The translations under genes were made by a program, and so were the position numbers. This document shows, piece by piece, positions 31,013 to 40,451 of a stretch of DNA of 64,000 bases (its first letter is position 1; every line of letters starts with the position of its first letter). The notes beneath the pieces were generated by a model. The model made no database searches. It saw nothing but the letters and a program-made list of their open reading frames with translations, and was not told the DNA's origin. This stretch comes from an uncultured Bacteriovoracaceae bacterium. GTDB taxonomy: Bacteria > Bdellovibrionota > Bacteriovoracia > Bacteriovoracales > Bacteriovoracaceae. The stretch lies in assembly GCA_964012805.1 (NCBI GenBank), contig CAXGUD010000010.1, positions 1 to 64,000 on the forward strand, read 5' to 3'.

Positions 31013-32848
31013 CTACCCTTCTTTATTCAATTGAGATTCAAATTTTTTTTCACATTCATCAATTTTGGCCTCTAAATCGAAAAACTCTTCGTAGGAACTT
31101 TCAATCAGAGACTCTAAATCATTAATTTCCCTGGATAACTGAGATATTTTTTTACCTTCTCCACCACTAGAGAGTGAAATAATTTCGCTATTTTTGTCCT
31201 CTAGGCTCTTCTCATTTTTATGTATATCTTTTTCTAGTTTTTCTCTTTTTCTCTTTAAAGGGTTTAATTCTTTAGATCTTTCTTTAATAATTTCTGCTCT
31301 TTCTTTCTTACTTAGCTTCCAATTTGTTTTTTTTGGTTTTTCGGAGCTAAATTGAGAACCATCTTCTTCATCCCACCCTATTTTTTCAAGAAATTCATCA
31401 TAATTTCCTTCAAATATTTCAATTTTATTTTTTTGAAAAATTATTAGTTTTTGAGCAAAGCTTTTTAATAATTTTTCATTATGAGTAACAATTAATGAAG
31501 CACCTTGAAATGAGTTAATCTCATTGGTCAAGACTTCAACTGATTCCATATCAAGATGATTTGTAGGCTCATCTAAAAGAAGTAGGTTTGTTTCTGAAGC
31601 GAGTATTTTCCCTAAAAGAACACGACTTTTTTCTCCCCCTGACAAAATAGAAATCTTTTTGTGGGCCAAATCTTCAGAGAACATCATCGTTCCACATATA
31701 CCTCTAACAGCACTTTGAGAAAGATCTGTATTAGCAGAAAAAATTTCATCAATAATGGTATTTTCAATATTTAATCTATTAATATTTGTTTGACCAAAAT
31801 GTCCTTTCACCAAATTGGCATGCGAAGTAACTTTTCCACTACATGGACTCAGCTCTTGGGCCAAAATATTTAGTAAAGTAGATTTACCCTTACCATTTTT
31901 TCCAATTATACCAATCCTGTCTCCCTTTTTAATGGATAAGTTAAAGTTTTCAATAACATGAGGACCATTATCATAATTGAAATTCAGGTCTTCTATTTTC
32001 ATAAAGTTTTTTGAAGGGCAATCTTTATAGGGAAACTTAAAACCAAAATGGATGTTTGATGAGTTCAATTCAATAAAGTCCATTTTTTCAAGTTGCTTTA
32101 ATTTTGATTGAGCTTGTTTTGCCTTAGAAGCTTTTGCACCAAACCTATTTACAAAACTTTCCAGGTGTTCTTTCTTTTTTAGTTGGTTTTCTAGAGTTTT
32201 TTCTCCAATTTTTTTATCTAGATCAACTCTTTCATAAAAAGATTTGGTATTTCCTTTTATTTTTTTTAACCCCCCATCGTAAATACCCATAACATGATCT
32301 ACACATTGATCCATGAAGCCTCTATCATGTGTGATTAAAATAACTTCACCTGAAAAATCCTTTATAAATCTCTTTAGCCACCTAAGGCTCAATATATCCA
32401 AATAGTTTGTAGGTTCATCCAGTAATAGTAAGTTTGGGTTTTTTAATAAAACTTTGGTCAACTCAATCCTAATTTGATACCCACCAGAAAATGAGGAGGG
32501 AGGTCTTTTCAAATCTTCCTCAGAAAAGCCTAAACCGAAAAGTATTTTCTCAGCCCTAAAATAATCAAACTTTTCATCCTCCTTCAACTCCTGAACACAC
32601 TCTTCCTTTAAAGTCGGTTTGGAAAAATTAAGGTGTTGGGTTAAACTTCCCACTGTGTAGCCTTTGGGTAGCCTTATACCGCCAGAATCTGAAGATAAAT
32701 GTCCTTCAATAATCTTTAAAAGAGTCGATTTTCCCGTACCATTCCTACCAACAAGGCCCACTTTTTCTTTTTGCTTGAGAGAAAAAGAGACGTTTTCAAA
32801 TAGTATTTGACTTCCAAAAGTTTTAGATAGGTTGGAAACTTGAATCAT
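31013..32848 (-). CDS. ABC-F family ribosome-associated ATPase
   Basis: Two ABC domains (GRNGTGKST, GKNGKGKST; DEPTN twice), no TM, C-terminal coiled coil; ATG 32848 preferred over TTG 32893. Confidence 0.93.
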   Translation of the reverse strand: MIQVSNLSKTFGSQILFENVSFSLKQKEKVGLVGRNGTGKSTLLKIIEGHLSSDSGGIRLPKGYTVGSLTQHLNFSKPTLKEECVQELKEDEKFDYFRAEKILFGLGFSEEDLKRPPSSFSGGYQIRIELTKVLLKNPNLLLLDEPTNYLDILSLRWLKRFIKDFSGEVILITHDRGFMDQCVDHVMGIYDGGLKKIKGNTKSFYERVDLDKKIGEKTLENQLKKKEHLESFVNRFGAKASKAKQAQSKLKQLEKMDFIELNSSNIHFGFKFPYKDCPSKNFMKIEDLNFNYDNGPHVIENFNLSIKKGDRIGIIGKNGKGKSTLLNILAQELSPCSGKVTSHANLVKGHFGQTNINRLNIENTIIDEIFSANTDLSQSAVRGICGTMMFSEDLAHKKISILSGGEKSRVLLGKILASETNLLLLDEPTNHLDMESVEVLTNEINSFQGASLIVTHNEKLLKSFAQKLIIFQKNKIEIFEGNYDEFLEKIGWDEEDGSQFSSEKPKKTNWKLSKKERAEIIKERSKELNPLKRKREKLEKDIHKNEKSLEDKNSEIISLSSGGEGKKISQLSREINDLESLIESSYEEFFDLEAKIDECEKKFESQLNKEG

Positions 32849-33139
32849 ATCACTTGCCAATTTTTTAGGTTTATTTATCACTTTTTCTAACATAGTTTTT
32901 TATAAACAAAAAAATAAAATTTATTAAACTACTTATAATTTTTTTTATCTTTAAAATTATGGATATCCCATAAATTTTATTCACCTACCTAATAATTTTA
33001 AATGCCTAAAAAAGTATGATTAAAACTACAATAATTTAAACAAAAAAGAGGTAAAAAATTCTTTTGAAATGAATTCAACTTCAACATAAAATTAAGAAAT
33101 GGGTGCTAGACCCCCCAAAATATTAGAAAGAAGAGTTAA

Positions 33140-33805
33140 ATGCACTTAACAATTGTTGATGATCTTGAAGAAAACCTTGAGCTTTATAAAGATGTCTTAG
33201 AGGCGGACTTTAAACTCAAGTTAATTCAGCAGCCCTTAAAACTCTTCGAATATTTAAATGACTCAAAGACTGATCTTCTTCTCCTAGATTTTCATCTTCC
33301 AAATATTGATGGATTTGAACTCTTCAGAAAAATAAGGAAGACTCATAAAAAACTTCCCATTATTTTCATTACTGGAGATCCCTCAGAGGAGACAATGATA
33401 AATGCACTTAACCTTGGAGCTGTTGATTTTTTAAGAAAACCTGTTTCGATTCCAGAGCTAGTTGCAAGAATTAAGAACAAAATTATGACTTCTGAAAAAG
33501 GCCCTACAACAGAAGAAGACACTATAAAAATTGAAAACTTCACTCTCTTTTGCGACATGCAACTTGCCCAAATAGATGATAAGAAGGTTCAGCTTACCCC
33601 AATTGAGTTTAAATTTATTCAACTCCTTGCTAAAAACCCCAATAAAATATTTAGCAGAGACTATATAACAAACCTATTATGGCCAGATGTTCATGTCCAA
33701 AACCAAAATATTGACACGCACCTCTCAAATTTAAGAAAAAAGCTCAAACCATTTTCAAAACAAATAAAAACAATCAAATCTAGAGGCTATATTCTTCGAA
33801 TTTAG
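33140..33805 (+). CDS. Orphan OmpR/PhoB-family response regulator
   Basis: VDD, LLDFHLP, FLRKP receiver; LTPIEF...IDTHLSNLRKKL winged helix. Confidence 0.93.
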   Translation: MHLTIVDDLEENLELYKDVLEADFKLKLIQQPLKLFEYLNDSKTDLLLLDFHLPNIDGFELFRKIRKTHKKLPIIFITGDPSEETMINALNLGAVDFLRKPVSIPELVARIKNKIMTSEKGPTTEEDTIKIENFTLFCDMQLAQIDDKKVQLTPIEFKFIQLLAKNPNKIFSRDYITNLLWPDVHVQNQNIDTHLSNLRKKLKPFSKQIKTIKSRGYILRI

Positions 33806-33904
33806 CACCAATTTATCTCTTCTCCCTCTTGATCGCTCCATCTCTTTATCGTAGGGTACCCCTCAAATTACAAAACATAATATTCTTTCTCTAGGAATTG
33901 CGCA

Positions 33905-35833
33905 ATGAGACATACCGGTCAAGTTCTTATAACTTGCTGCCTTCTAATAATCCTTTCTTTGGAATCTTTAGCTTCTAGCGAAAGCCAAATACGATTAAAG
34001 TTCCTTAAAAAGAAAGAGGAAAGAAAAAAGAAGGCCTGGAAAAAAGTATTCTCCCAAATATTTGCGAAAAATATAAAGAGGGAACTCTCAATAAATGGCA
34101 AAGAAAGAGACCCCCTGCCTTTAACCTATCAATCGCTCTATTATAACCCTGAAGACTTTCCAACACTTTTTTCTAAAATTGGAGAAAGTGAAAGTACGAT
34201 TCAGGCTTTTGAATCAAGAGAACGCCTTTTATCTAAACCAAAAAGGTTTCGATATTTATTAAGACATTCTATACCCAGCTTTAAATTCAATAGAGGGGCA
34301 AGAAACCTTATAAAAAGCTATAACCGCTACTATAAAAGAGACTCTAATCAAATAAATCCACAAAACTTCTTTGAAAACCCTCTTGGGCAAAGGCTTATGC
34401 ATGAATTAAAAGACACACTCTTTATTGTCCTCTCTGGATTTGGATCCCACCTCATAGATGAAGCTCCTTTTCAAAGTGTGCTCCAAGAAATTAACCGTTA
34501 TTATGGAAGAAACTTACCCAACGGGTCTAGACCTATCTATTATCCTTTACCAGCAGAAAATAGGTTTCAACCTCACGAACTCTTCTACAATGTAGATCAA
34601 AAACAAATAAAAATGGACATAGTCTACCCTATGGGAAGCGAGTGGGGAGATACACTTGGTCCTCATGCCATGAATGCAGAAAAATTGAATAAGTGGATTT
34701 CTTCATTGCCTGAAATCTATAAGGAAAAAGAAATAGTCTTTATTGGATATAGTAAGGGTCTAACTGTTGCTCTTGAATTACTTAAAAAAGATCTGGACTT
34801 ACAAAAAAGAACACGGGCCGTTTTTTCATTATCAGGACCTCAGCAAGGTTCACTTAGCCTTCAACTAATCCTAAAAGATCTAATGAAAGTCACAGGCACA
34901 TCTTCTAACGAAGACCTATACAAGCTTCTTACCGACCAAAATTTGAAAACCTTTTTAGCTGACTTAAAAATTAATTACGAAAGTAAAAATCAAAACGAAT
35001 ATCATAAACTCTTAGAAGTCCTTTATAAAATAGAAATGGGTCATCTACCTGAAACTTTATTAGATAAGGTGAGTTCTTTCCTCTCAGAAGATTCACTTTC
35101 TATCTTTAAAGGAGCAATTGAGCAATCGCCAACATACAGAGCAAAATGGAACTTAGAAAACTTAAATGATTCAGTTTTCAAATTTCCCCTAACCATCTTT
35201 TCAACTTCTTTCATTACAAATGTTAAAGACTTTTTTCACAAATTTGACTCCTCCTCAAATACTTATAAATTCAACAATGAAATAGTTCCCAAAATACGGC
35301 CCGACCTCTTTAAAAAAGTTAACATAGAATGGTCATCTTACGATTTTGGAAATGATTTAGTAAAAAATATAAACCAGTTTGTTGATTGGAAAAGGTTCAG
35401 TATGGATTCGTTCCTTCTTCATTTAACTTCTCTTGCAGCATTTGAAAGAAGTCCTTATGGAATGATGGATACTCAAGTAACCTGGCCTGACTCTAAATCA
35501 TTTTTTTTAGACCCAAGACCATTAAAAGCACAATTTACGGAAAATGAAATCTCAAGAATTTATGACAAACTAAATCTAAATTGGGATAAACCACACTTTG
35601 ATGAATTTAACAACGCTCCAAGAAATAAGCTTATTCCAGAAGAATTCCGAAAAAACCTCAAATTTATTGATCTTGGAGAAGTCAGAGGATCTCACTGGAG
35701 TATTCCTTTTACTCAGGCGATAAGAATTCCTAACAGTCATCCTATGTTGAGTTTTAAAAACCAATTCCCGCGAAAAGAGTTTTTACTTTCAATTATTCAA
35801 ACTTATGCTCTTTATAAAAAGGAAAATAATTAA
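33905..35833 (+). CDS. Secreted alpha/beta-hydrolase (lipase-like)
   Basis: Signal peptide, LSGFGSH, nucleophile elbow IGYSKG, SGPQQGS, MDTQV, GSHW. Confidence 0.75.
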   Translation: MRHTGQVLITCCLLIILSLESLASSESQIRLKFLKKKEERKKKAWKKVFSQIFAKNIKRELSINGKERDPLPLTYQSLYYNPEDFPTLFSKIGESESTIQAFESRERLLSKPKRFRYLLRHSIPSFKFNRGARNLIKSYNRYYKRDSNQINPQNFFENPLGQRLMHELKDTLFIVLSGFGSHLIDEAPFQSVLQEINRYYGRNLPNGSRPIYYPLPAENRFQPHELFYNVDQKQIKMDIVYPMGSEWGDTLGPHAMNAEKLNKWISSLPEIYKEKEIVFIGYSKGLTVALELLKKDLDLQKRTRAVFSLSGPQQGSLSLQLILKDLMKVTGTSSNEDLYKLLTDQNLKTFLADLKINYESKNQNEYHKLLEVLYKIEMGHLPETLLDKVSSFLSEDSLSIFKGAIEQSPTYRAKWNLENLNDSVFKFPLTIFSTSFITNVKDFFHKFDSSSNTYKFNNEIVPKIRPDLFKKVNIEWSSYDFGNDLVKNINQFVDWKRFSMDSFLLHLTSLAAFERSPYGMMDTQVTWPDSKSFFLDPRPLKAQFTENEISRIYDKLNLNWDKPHFDEFNNAPRNKLIPEEFRKNLKFIDLGEVRGSHWSIPFTQAIRIPNSHPMLSFKNQFPRKEFLLSIIQTYALYKKENN

Positions 35834-37533
35834 TGAAAACCTTAAAACTAACTTGCTTAATTTCATTAATTTTATTCTCTTTTTCTTCAAAAGGAAAATT
35901 CAGAAAAACTTCTGACGCTCATTTCTTTAAGGCACCTAGCTCTGCTAAAGATGCTATAAACTTGCTTAATAAATTAACTTCGTCTATGTCCTATGGGATA
36001 TGGACAAACCAGATTTTAAATGGCTCGGGAAATAAATATTTGTCCAGCCCGTTATCCTCTGAAATAGAATCTCAGCAGTTTTTGAGGATTTTTTCTCTTT
36101 TTGATCTGGCCCTTACAACTGAAATGAAAAAGTGGGAAGCAGAATCAAAAGAGCCAAAACACTTTCTATACCTTTTTGCTCCTATGGAAAAGAGATATAT
36201 GGATGACTTCCAAAGCCTACCTGATCATCCTCTTATATCAAAAACAAAAAAAGCGTCAGAAGTTTTCTTCCCAAGGTTCATGAAATGGCCTTTCAAAAGA
36301 ATCTCCTCAGGAGATATTGTCCATAAGGACCAAAAAACTACTTTTTCTTTAGACTTTCAAAACAAATTAAACCAAGGTTTAGAAAAAAGATTAGAATTCT
36401 TCTGGAAACACGTAGAAAACCTTTACTTTAATAAAGATGGAAAGAAAAACCTACAGGATCTTTACTCACTCTATCAATCACTATTTATTCCCTTTGCTAT
36501 ACTCTGTGAAATGCAAGTCGATAAAGAAAAGGGAAGTTCTTATAAATTGTCCCTTTTCCTTCCCTCACTTTTTAGCTTTGAGAAAAGTAATAATCCAACT
36601 CTTTTGCCTTTAGTTTTAAAACCAGGGATCGAGATGAATCTCCCTATAAATGTTGAGACCCCAATGGCAAAGTTTTTATCAGTCAATTACCTCAAAGAAG
36701 GTGTCAATAATCAAAATATGTTTCAGCATGCTAGAAAAAAGCTTATTAAAATAGAATTGACGAAATATTTTAATAAACAAGATGAAATTTTAATGAGCAT
36801 AAAATTTGGTTCCCTTTGGAAAAAACAAGTTATAAAAGCACAAAAACCACCATCAAAAGTTAAGAAGTTTTTCAGTAGGTTTAAAAGGAAAAAAGTAAAA
36901 TTGCATGAGCCAATAGGGCTATATCCAATAGATATGGAGACTATGACTGATGGGATCGGCTTAGATGGCTTTGTAAATTTTCCTTTCCTAAAGGAAAAAT
37001 CAAAAGTTAATAAATATTTTAATCAATATAAAATGAGAGTTTTTATAAACCGATTAAATATTAATTTAAAAAGACCTAAACAAAAATCCCTAGAAGATTC
37101 ATTCAAGAAAAACCTCACATTTACTACTTTATTTGACAAAAAAAACAGCCTTATTTCATTTCGTCTAAATAAAGAGGCAGAAAAGAAAAGCCAGGTCTTC
37201 TTTTTAGAAAAAATTTTAGGGTTTACATGCATACCTAAACCTATAGCAACTCAGAGATTTTATTTCAAAAACAGTAAATTTGAGTGCTATCAGGACCTTT
37301 CAACAATCAAGGACTTTAAAGCAACATATTCAAATGATATTTTAAAAAGAACAAAGCGGTTTGGCGTCAAAGGTTTATCTTTACTTAATTTTAGACACAC
37401 TCTCAACGACCTTTCTAATCGAGATATCGTTGAGGAGCTTAAAGATAAATCTCCTGAGTTAATACAAGATGTTCTAAAAACCGTTAAAGAATCCTATGAT
37501 GGCTTTAATCTAACAATAGGAACTTTTCCTTAA
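35833..37533 (+). CDS. Secreted hypothetical protein translationally coupled to the lipase-like gene
   Basis: TAATG overlap at 35831-35835; signal-peptide-like N-terminus; no recognisable motif. Confidence 0.7.
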   Translation: MKTLKLTCLISLILFSFSSKGKFRKTSDAHFFKAPSSAKDAINLLNKLTSSMSYGIWTNQILNGSGNKYLSSPLSSEIESQQFLRIFSLFDLALTTEMKKWEAESKEPKHFLYLFAPMEKRYMDDFQSLPDHPLISKTKKASEVFFPRFMKWPFKRISSGDIVHKDQKTTFSLDFQNKLNQGLEKRLEFFWKHVENLYFNKDGKKNLQDLYSLYQSLFIPFAILCEMQVDKEKGSSYKLSLFLPSLFSFEKSNNPTLLPLVLKPGIEMNLPINVETPMAKFLSVNYLKEGVNNQNMFQHARKKLIKIELTKYFNKQDEILMSIKFGSLWKKQVIKAQKPPSKVKKFFSRFKRKKVKLHEPIGLYPIDMETMTDGIGLDGFVNFPFLKEKSKVNKYFNQYKMRVFINRLNINLKRPKQKSLEDSFKKNLTFTTLFDKKNSLISFRLNKEAEKKSQVFFLEKILGFTCIPKPIATQRFYFKNSKFECYQDLSTIKDFKATYSNDILKRTKRFGVKGLSLLNFRHTLNDLSNRDIVEELKDKSPELIQDVLKTVKESYDGFNLTIGTFP

Positions 37534-37545
37534 AAAGGAATTATT

Positions 37546-38658
37546 CTATATCTTTAAAGCGTTCTCTATTTCATTAAAGATAAGATCTTTCGCCTTATTT
37601 TCCATCTTTTTCACACCTGGTCCCCTATAAGCCAGGTTCCTTCTATCTGCTACACTTTTTTCAAGCTTGGAAATGCTTCTGAAAAAAGTGTCTGCGTCTA
37701 AAAAGTCTTCTTCAATAATTTCTGAACCACACGTATTCTTTGCTTCCATAGCATTATGAAATTGTTCATTTTTTTGGGCAATTTTTAGAGGTATAAAAAG
37801 ACTTGGCTTTTTCAGAGCGAGAAGCTCAGATACTGTCCCAGCTCCCGCACGGGATATTACAATTGAGCTCGCCTTAAATAAATCAACAATTCCTTCATCT
37901 AAAAAGTCAAAAGATTGGTAATCAGCACAATTAAGAGCTTCAAAGTCCTTTTTAAAGTTTTTTCCAACTTGATGAAAAATGGTAAAGCGTTTTTGTAATT
38001 CTTTCTTATTTTTTAAAATTAGGTTATTAATCAAAAGAGATCCATTTCCTCCACCAGTTGCAAAAAGAATGGGTTTTTCGTTTTTCTTAATATCAATACC
38101 ACAAACCTCATCTCTTTTAATGAAACTCTGAAAGCATTCATCTCTTAAAGGATATCCAGAAAAAACGACCTTATCGTTTTTAAAATAGCGTCTAGAAGAC
38201 TCAAAGCTTATAAAAACTTTATCAGCGAAAAAAGAAGATATTCGATTGGCCAACCCCACACGACTCGTCTGCTCATGAATAAAAACCTTCTTACCTGTCA
38301 AAAAGCCGGCAATGACAACAGGTACGGACACAAATCCTCCTGTGGAAAAAATTAGGCAATTCTTTTTTGAAAACTTCATCAAATAAAGAAAAGATTGAAT
38401 TGTTCCTACAAGAAGTTTAAAAATATCAAAAAAGTTTTCCATGGAAAAGTAACGCCTTAACTTTCCCGTATAAATTGCCTTATAAGGAATTTCAACATTG
38501 CTGATAAGTTGACCCTCAATTCCATTTATTCCACCAATATAGCGGACGGAAACTGAAGGAAAATCTGACCTGAGGTTTTTAATTAAAGTAATGGCAGGAA
38601 TGACATGACCACCACTTCCTCCTCCAGTAAAAACAACAACCTTTTTGGTCATAAACAA
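37546..38658 (-). CDS. murG: Undecaprenyl-PP-MurNAc-pentapeptide GlcNAc transferase
   Basis: TGGGSGGHVIPA, GKLRRY, STGGFVSVP, HEQ, SRAGAGT. Confidence 0.93.
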   Translation of the reverse strand: MFMTKKVVVFTGGGSGGHVIPAITLIKNLRSDFPSVSVRYIGGINGIEGQLISNVEIPYKAIYTGKLRRYFSMENFFDIFKLLVGTIQSFLYLMKFSKKNCLIFSTGGFVSVPVVIAGFLTGKKVFIHEQTSRVGLANRISSFFADKVFISFESSRRYFKNDKVVFSGYPLRDECFQSFIKRDEVCGIDIKKNEKPILFATGGGNGSLLINNLILKNKKELQKRFTIFHQVGKNFKKDFEALNCADYQSFDFLDEGIVDLFKASSIVISRAGAGTVSELLALKKPSLFIPLKIAQKNEQFHNAMEAKNTCGSEIIEEDFLDADTFFRSISKLEKSVADRRNLAYRGPGVKKMENKAKDLIFNEIENALKI

Positions 38659-38668
38659 AGCTTCCTTT

Positions 38669-39586
38669 TCAAAATAGTCCTAATTGAACAGTTTCCTTTA
38701 ACAAAGCTGGCGATCTTATTTCTTTATTATTAGAAACTATTTTAAAGTTTTTGACAAAGTCCATGGCCACATCAACGCAATCACCCTCAACGGGTTGATG
38801 AAAAAAGAAAAAAGCTTCTTCCAAGCCTTGATCAAGCCATTTTGAAATTAAATGTGCCCATTCCTTAGACCTATTAAAGTCACTTTTATGAAGTCCATTA
38901 CCAGTAAACCTAATCATGACTTGTTGGCTTGTTAATGCAGTATGACACACGTCCCTACGTCCCGCGACATCTGTGCATGCTAAAATAACCCCAAAAGCTC
39001 TCATATGGTCTACTAATTTTTTAAAATTCTTAGAAAAAAACCACTCAGGGTGCCTGAACTCAACCGCTAATTTCATATTTTTAGGAAAAAGACGAATAAA
39101 TTTTACTAAGGCCTTCCACCTACTCAAATCGAAATAAGGGTTCAGTTGAAGAAGAAGTGGCCCTAGGTGCTCACCAAAAAGTTCCATTGCCGTAAGAAAG
39201 TCCTTTAAAAGAGGGTCCTCTACACCTAAGTTTCTTTCATTGGCCAAGGCCCCGGGGATTTTTGGACAAAATTTAAAACCTTTAGGGACTTTAGCACACC
39301 AGTCCAAAATAGCACTGTTAGAAGGAAGAGCATAGTAAGTAGAATTTAACTCAATGCTCTGAAAATTTTCTGCGTATAGAGTTAAATAATCTTCGACCTT
39401 TGTTAACTTAGGATAGATTTTTCCAATAAAACTTCTATCTCTCCAAACCGGGCACCCCAAAAAAATTTTAGTTTTTACATTTCCTTTTGTATTTAAGCCT
39501 TTAAGAAAACATTCATTATCCCCATTAAAATTAAAAGGTAAATTAAATTTAATGCCCTCAATATTATGAACTTTTCCAAATTTCAT
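38669..39586 (-). CDS. DUF72 (YecE-like) protein
   Basis: LGCPVW, ELNSTYYALP, FKFCPKIP, LLQL, AVEFRHPEWF, DVAGRRD. Confidence 0.88.
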   Translation of the reverse strand: MKFGKVHNIEGIKFNLPFNFNGDNECFLKGLNTKGNVKTKIFLGCPVWRDRSFIGKIYPKLTKVEDYLTLYAENFQSIELNSTYYALPSNSAILDWCAKVPKGFKFCPKIPGALANERNLGVEDPLLKDFLTAMELFGEHLGPLLLQLNPYFDLSRWKALVKFIRLFPKNMKLAVEFRHPEWFFSKNFKKLVDHMRAFGVILACTDVAGRRDVCHTALTSQQVMIRFTGNGLHKSDFNRSKEWAHLISKWLDQGLEEAFFFFHQPVEGDCVDVAMDFVKNFKIVSNNKEIRSPALLKETVQLGLF

Positions 39587-39597
39587 TTAATGCCTAT

Positions 39598-40335
39598 CTA
39601 AATATGATCGGAGACATGCTCGGGTAAGGACCAATCTACCTTTTTTAGGCCCATTTTATCTAAGTAAAGATTTACCTTAGAAAAGTGCTTATTGCCCAAA
39701 AACCCTCGATGAGCAGAAAAAGGTGAGGGATGAGGTGACTCTAAAACTAAATGCCTTTTTCTATTAAGTTTCTCGCCTTTCCTTTGAGCATGGGCCCCCC
39801 AAAGAAGAAAAACAAGATTCTCTTTTTGCTCATTAAGTATTTCTACCACTTTATCTGTAAAGTGCTCCCAACCCTTATTTTGATGGGATCCGGCCTTGCT
39901 TTTCTCAACGGTTAGAACATTATTAAGCATGAGAACACCTTCTTTGGCCCAACTTTCTAAATATCCATGACAGACAGGTTTTATACCTAAATCAGACTCC
40001 AGTTCTTTGTAAATATTTTGAAGACTTGGAGGAACCCTAACACCTGGCCTTACTGAAAAGCTTAAACCATGAGCTTGACCCGGTCCGTGGTAAGGGTCTT
40101 GACCAATAATAATGACCTTTACTTTTTGAAAGGGAGTTAAGTCAAAAGCTGAAAAAATATCTTTTCCATGAGGGTACAAAATCTTTTTTTGAGAAATTTC
40201 AGCAGCTAGAAAAGCTCTAAGGTTAACCATGTAATCTTTAAGAAATTCCTCTCCCAAAACATCCATCCAATCAGAGGGAAGCGGATTTTTCCCTTTTAAG
40301 GACCGTTGTTGACTATTTTTTGCATCCAATAGCAT
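39598..40335 (-). CDS. ung: Uracil-DNA glycosylase, family 1
   Basis: GQDPYHG, PPSLQNIYKEL, HPSPFSA. Confidence 0.97.
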   Translation of the reverse strand: MLLDAKNSQQRSLKGKNPLPSDWMDVLGEEFLKDYMVNLRAFLAAEISQKKILYPHGKDIFSAFDLTPFQKVKVIIIGQDPYHGPGQAHGLSFSVRPGVRVPPSLQNIYKELESDLGIKPVCHGYLESWAKEGVLMLNNVLTVEKSKAGSHQNKGWEHFTDKVVEILNEQKENLVFLLWGAHAQRKGEKLNRKRHLVLESPHPSPFSAHRGFLGNKHFSKVNLYLDKMGLKKVDWSLPEHVSDHI

Positions 40336-40451
40336 AAAAAACTCCTTTCAAAACAGAGAAGAAGTTCTTATCAGGAACATTATTTTTTGGCAAAATCTGC
40401 ATCGCACCAAATTCCTTCTTATTTCTGTAACTTATCGTGAAGTTTATTTCT

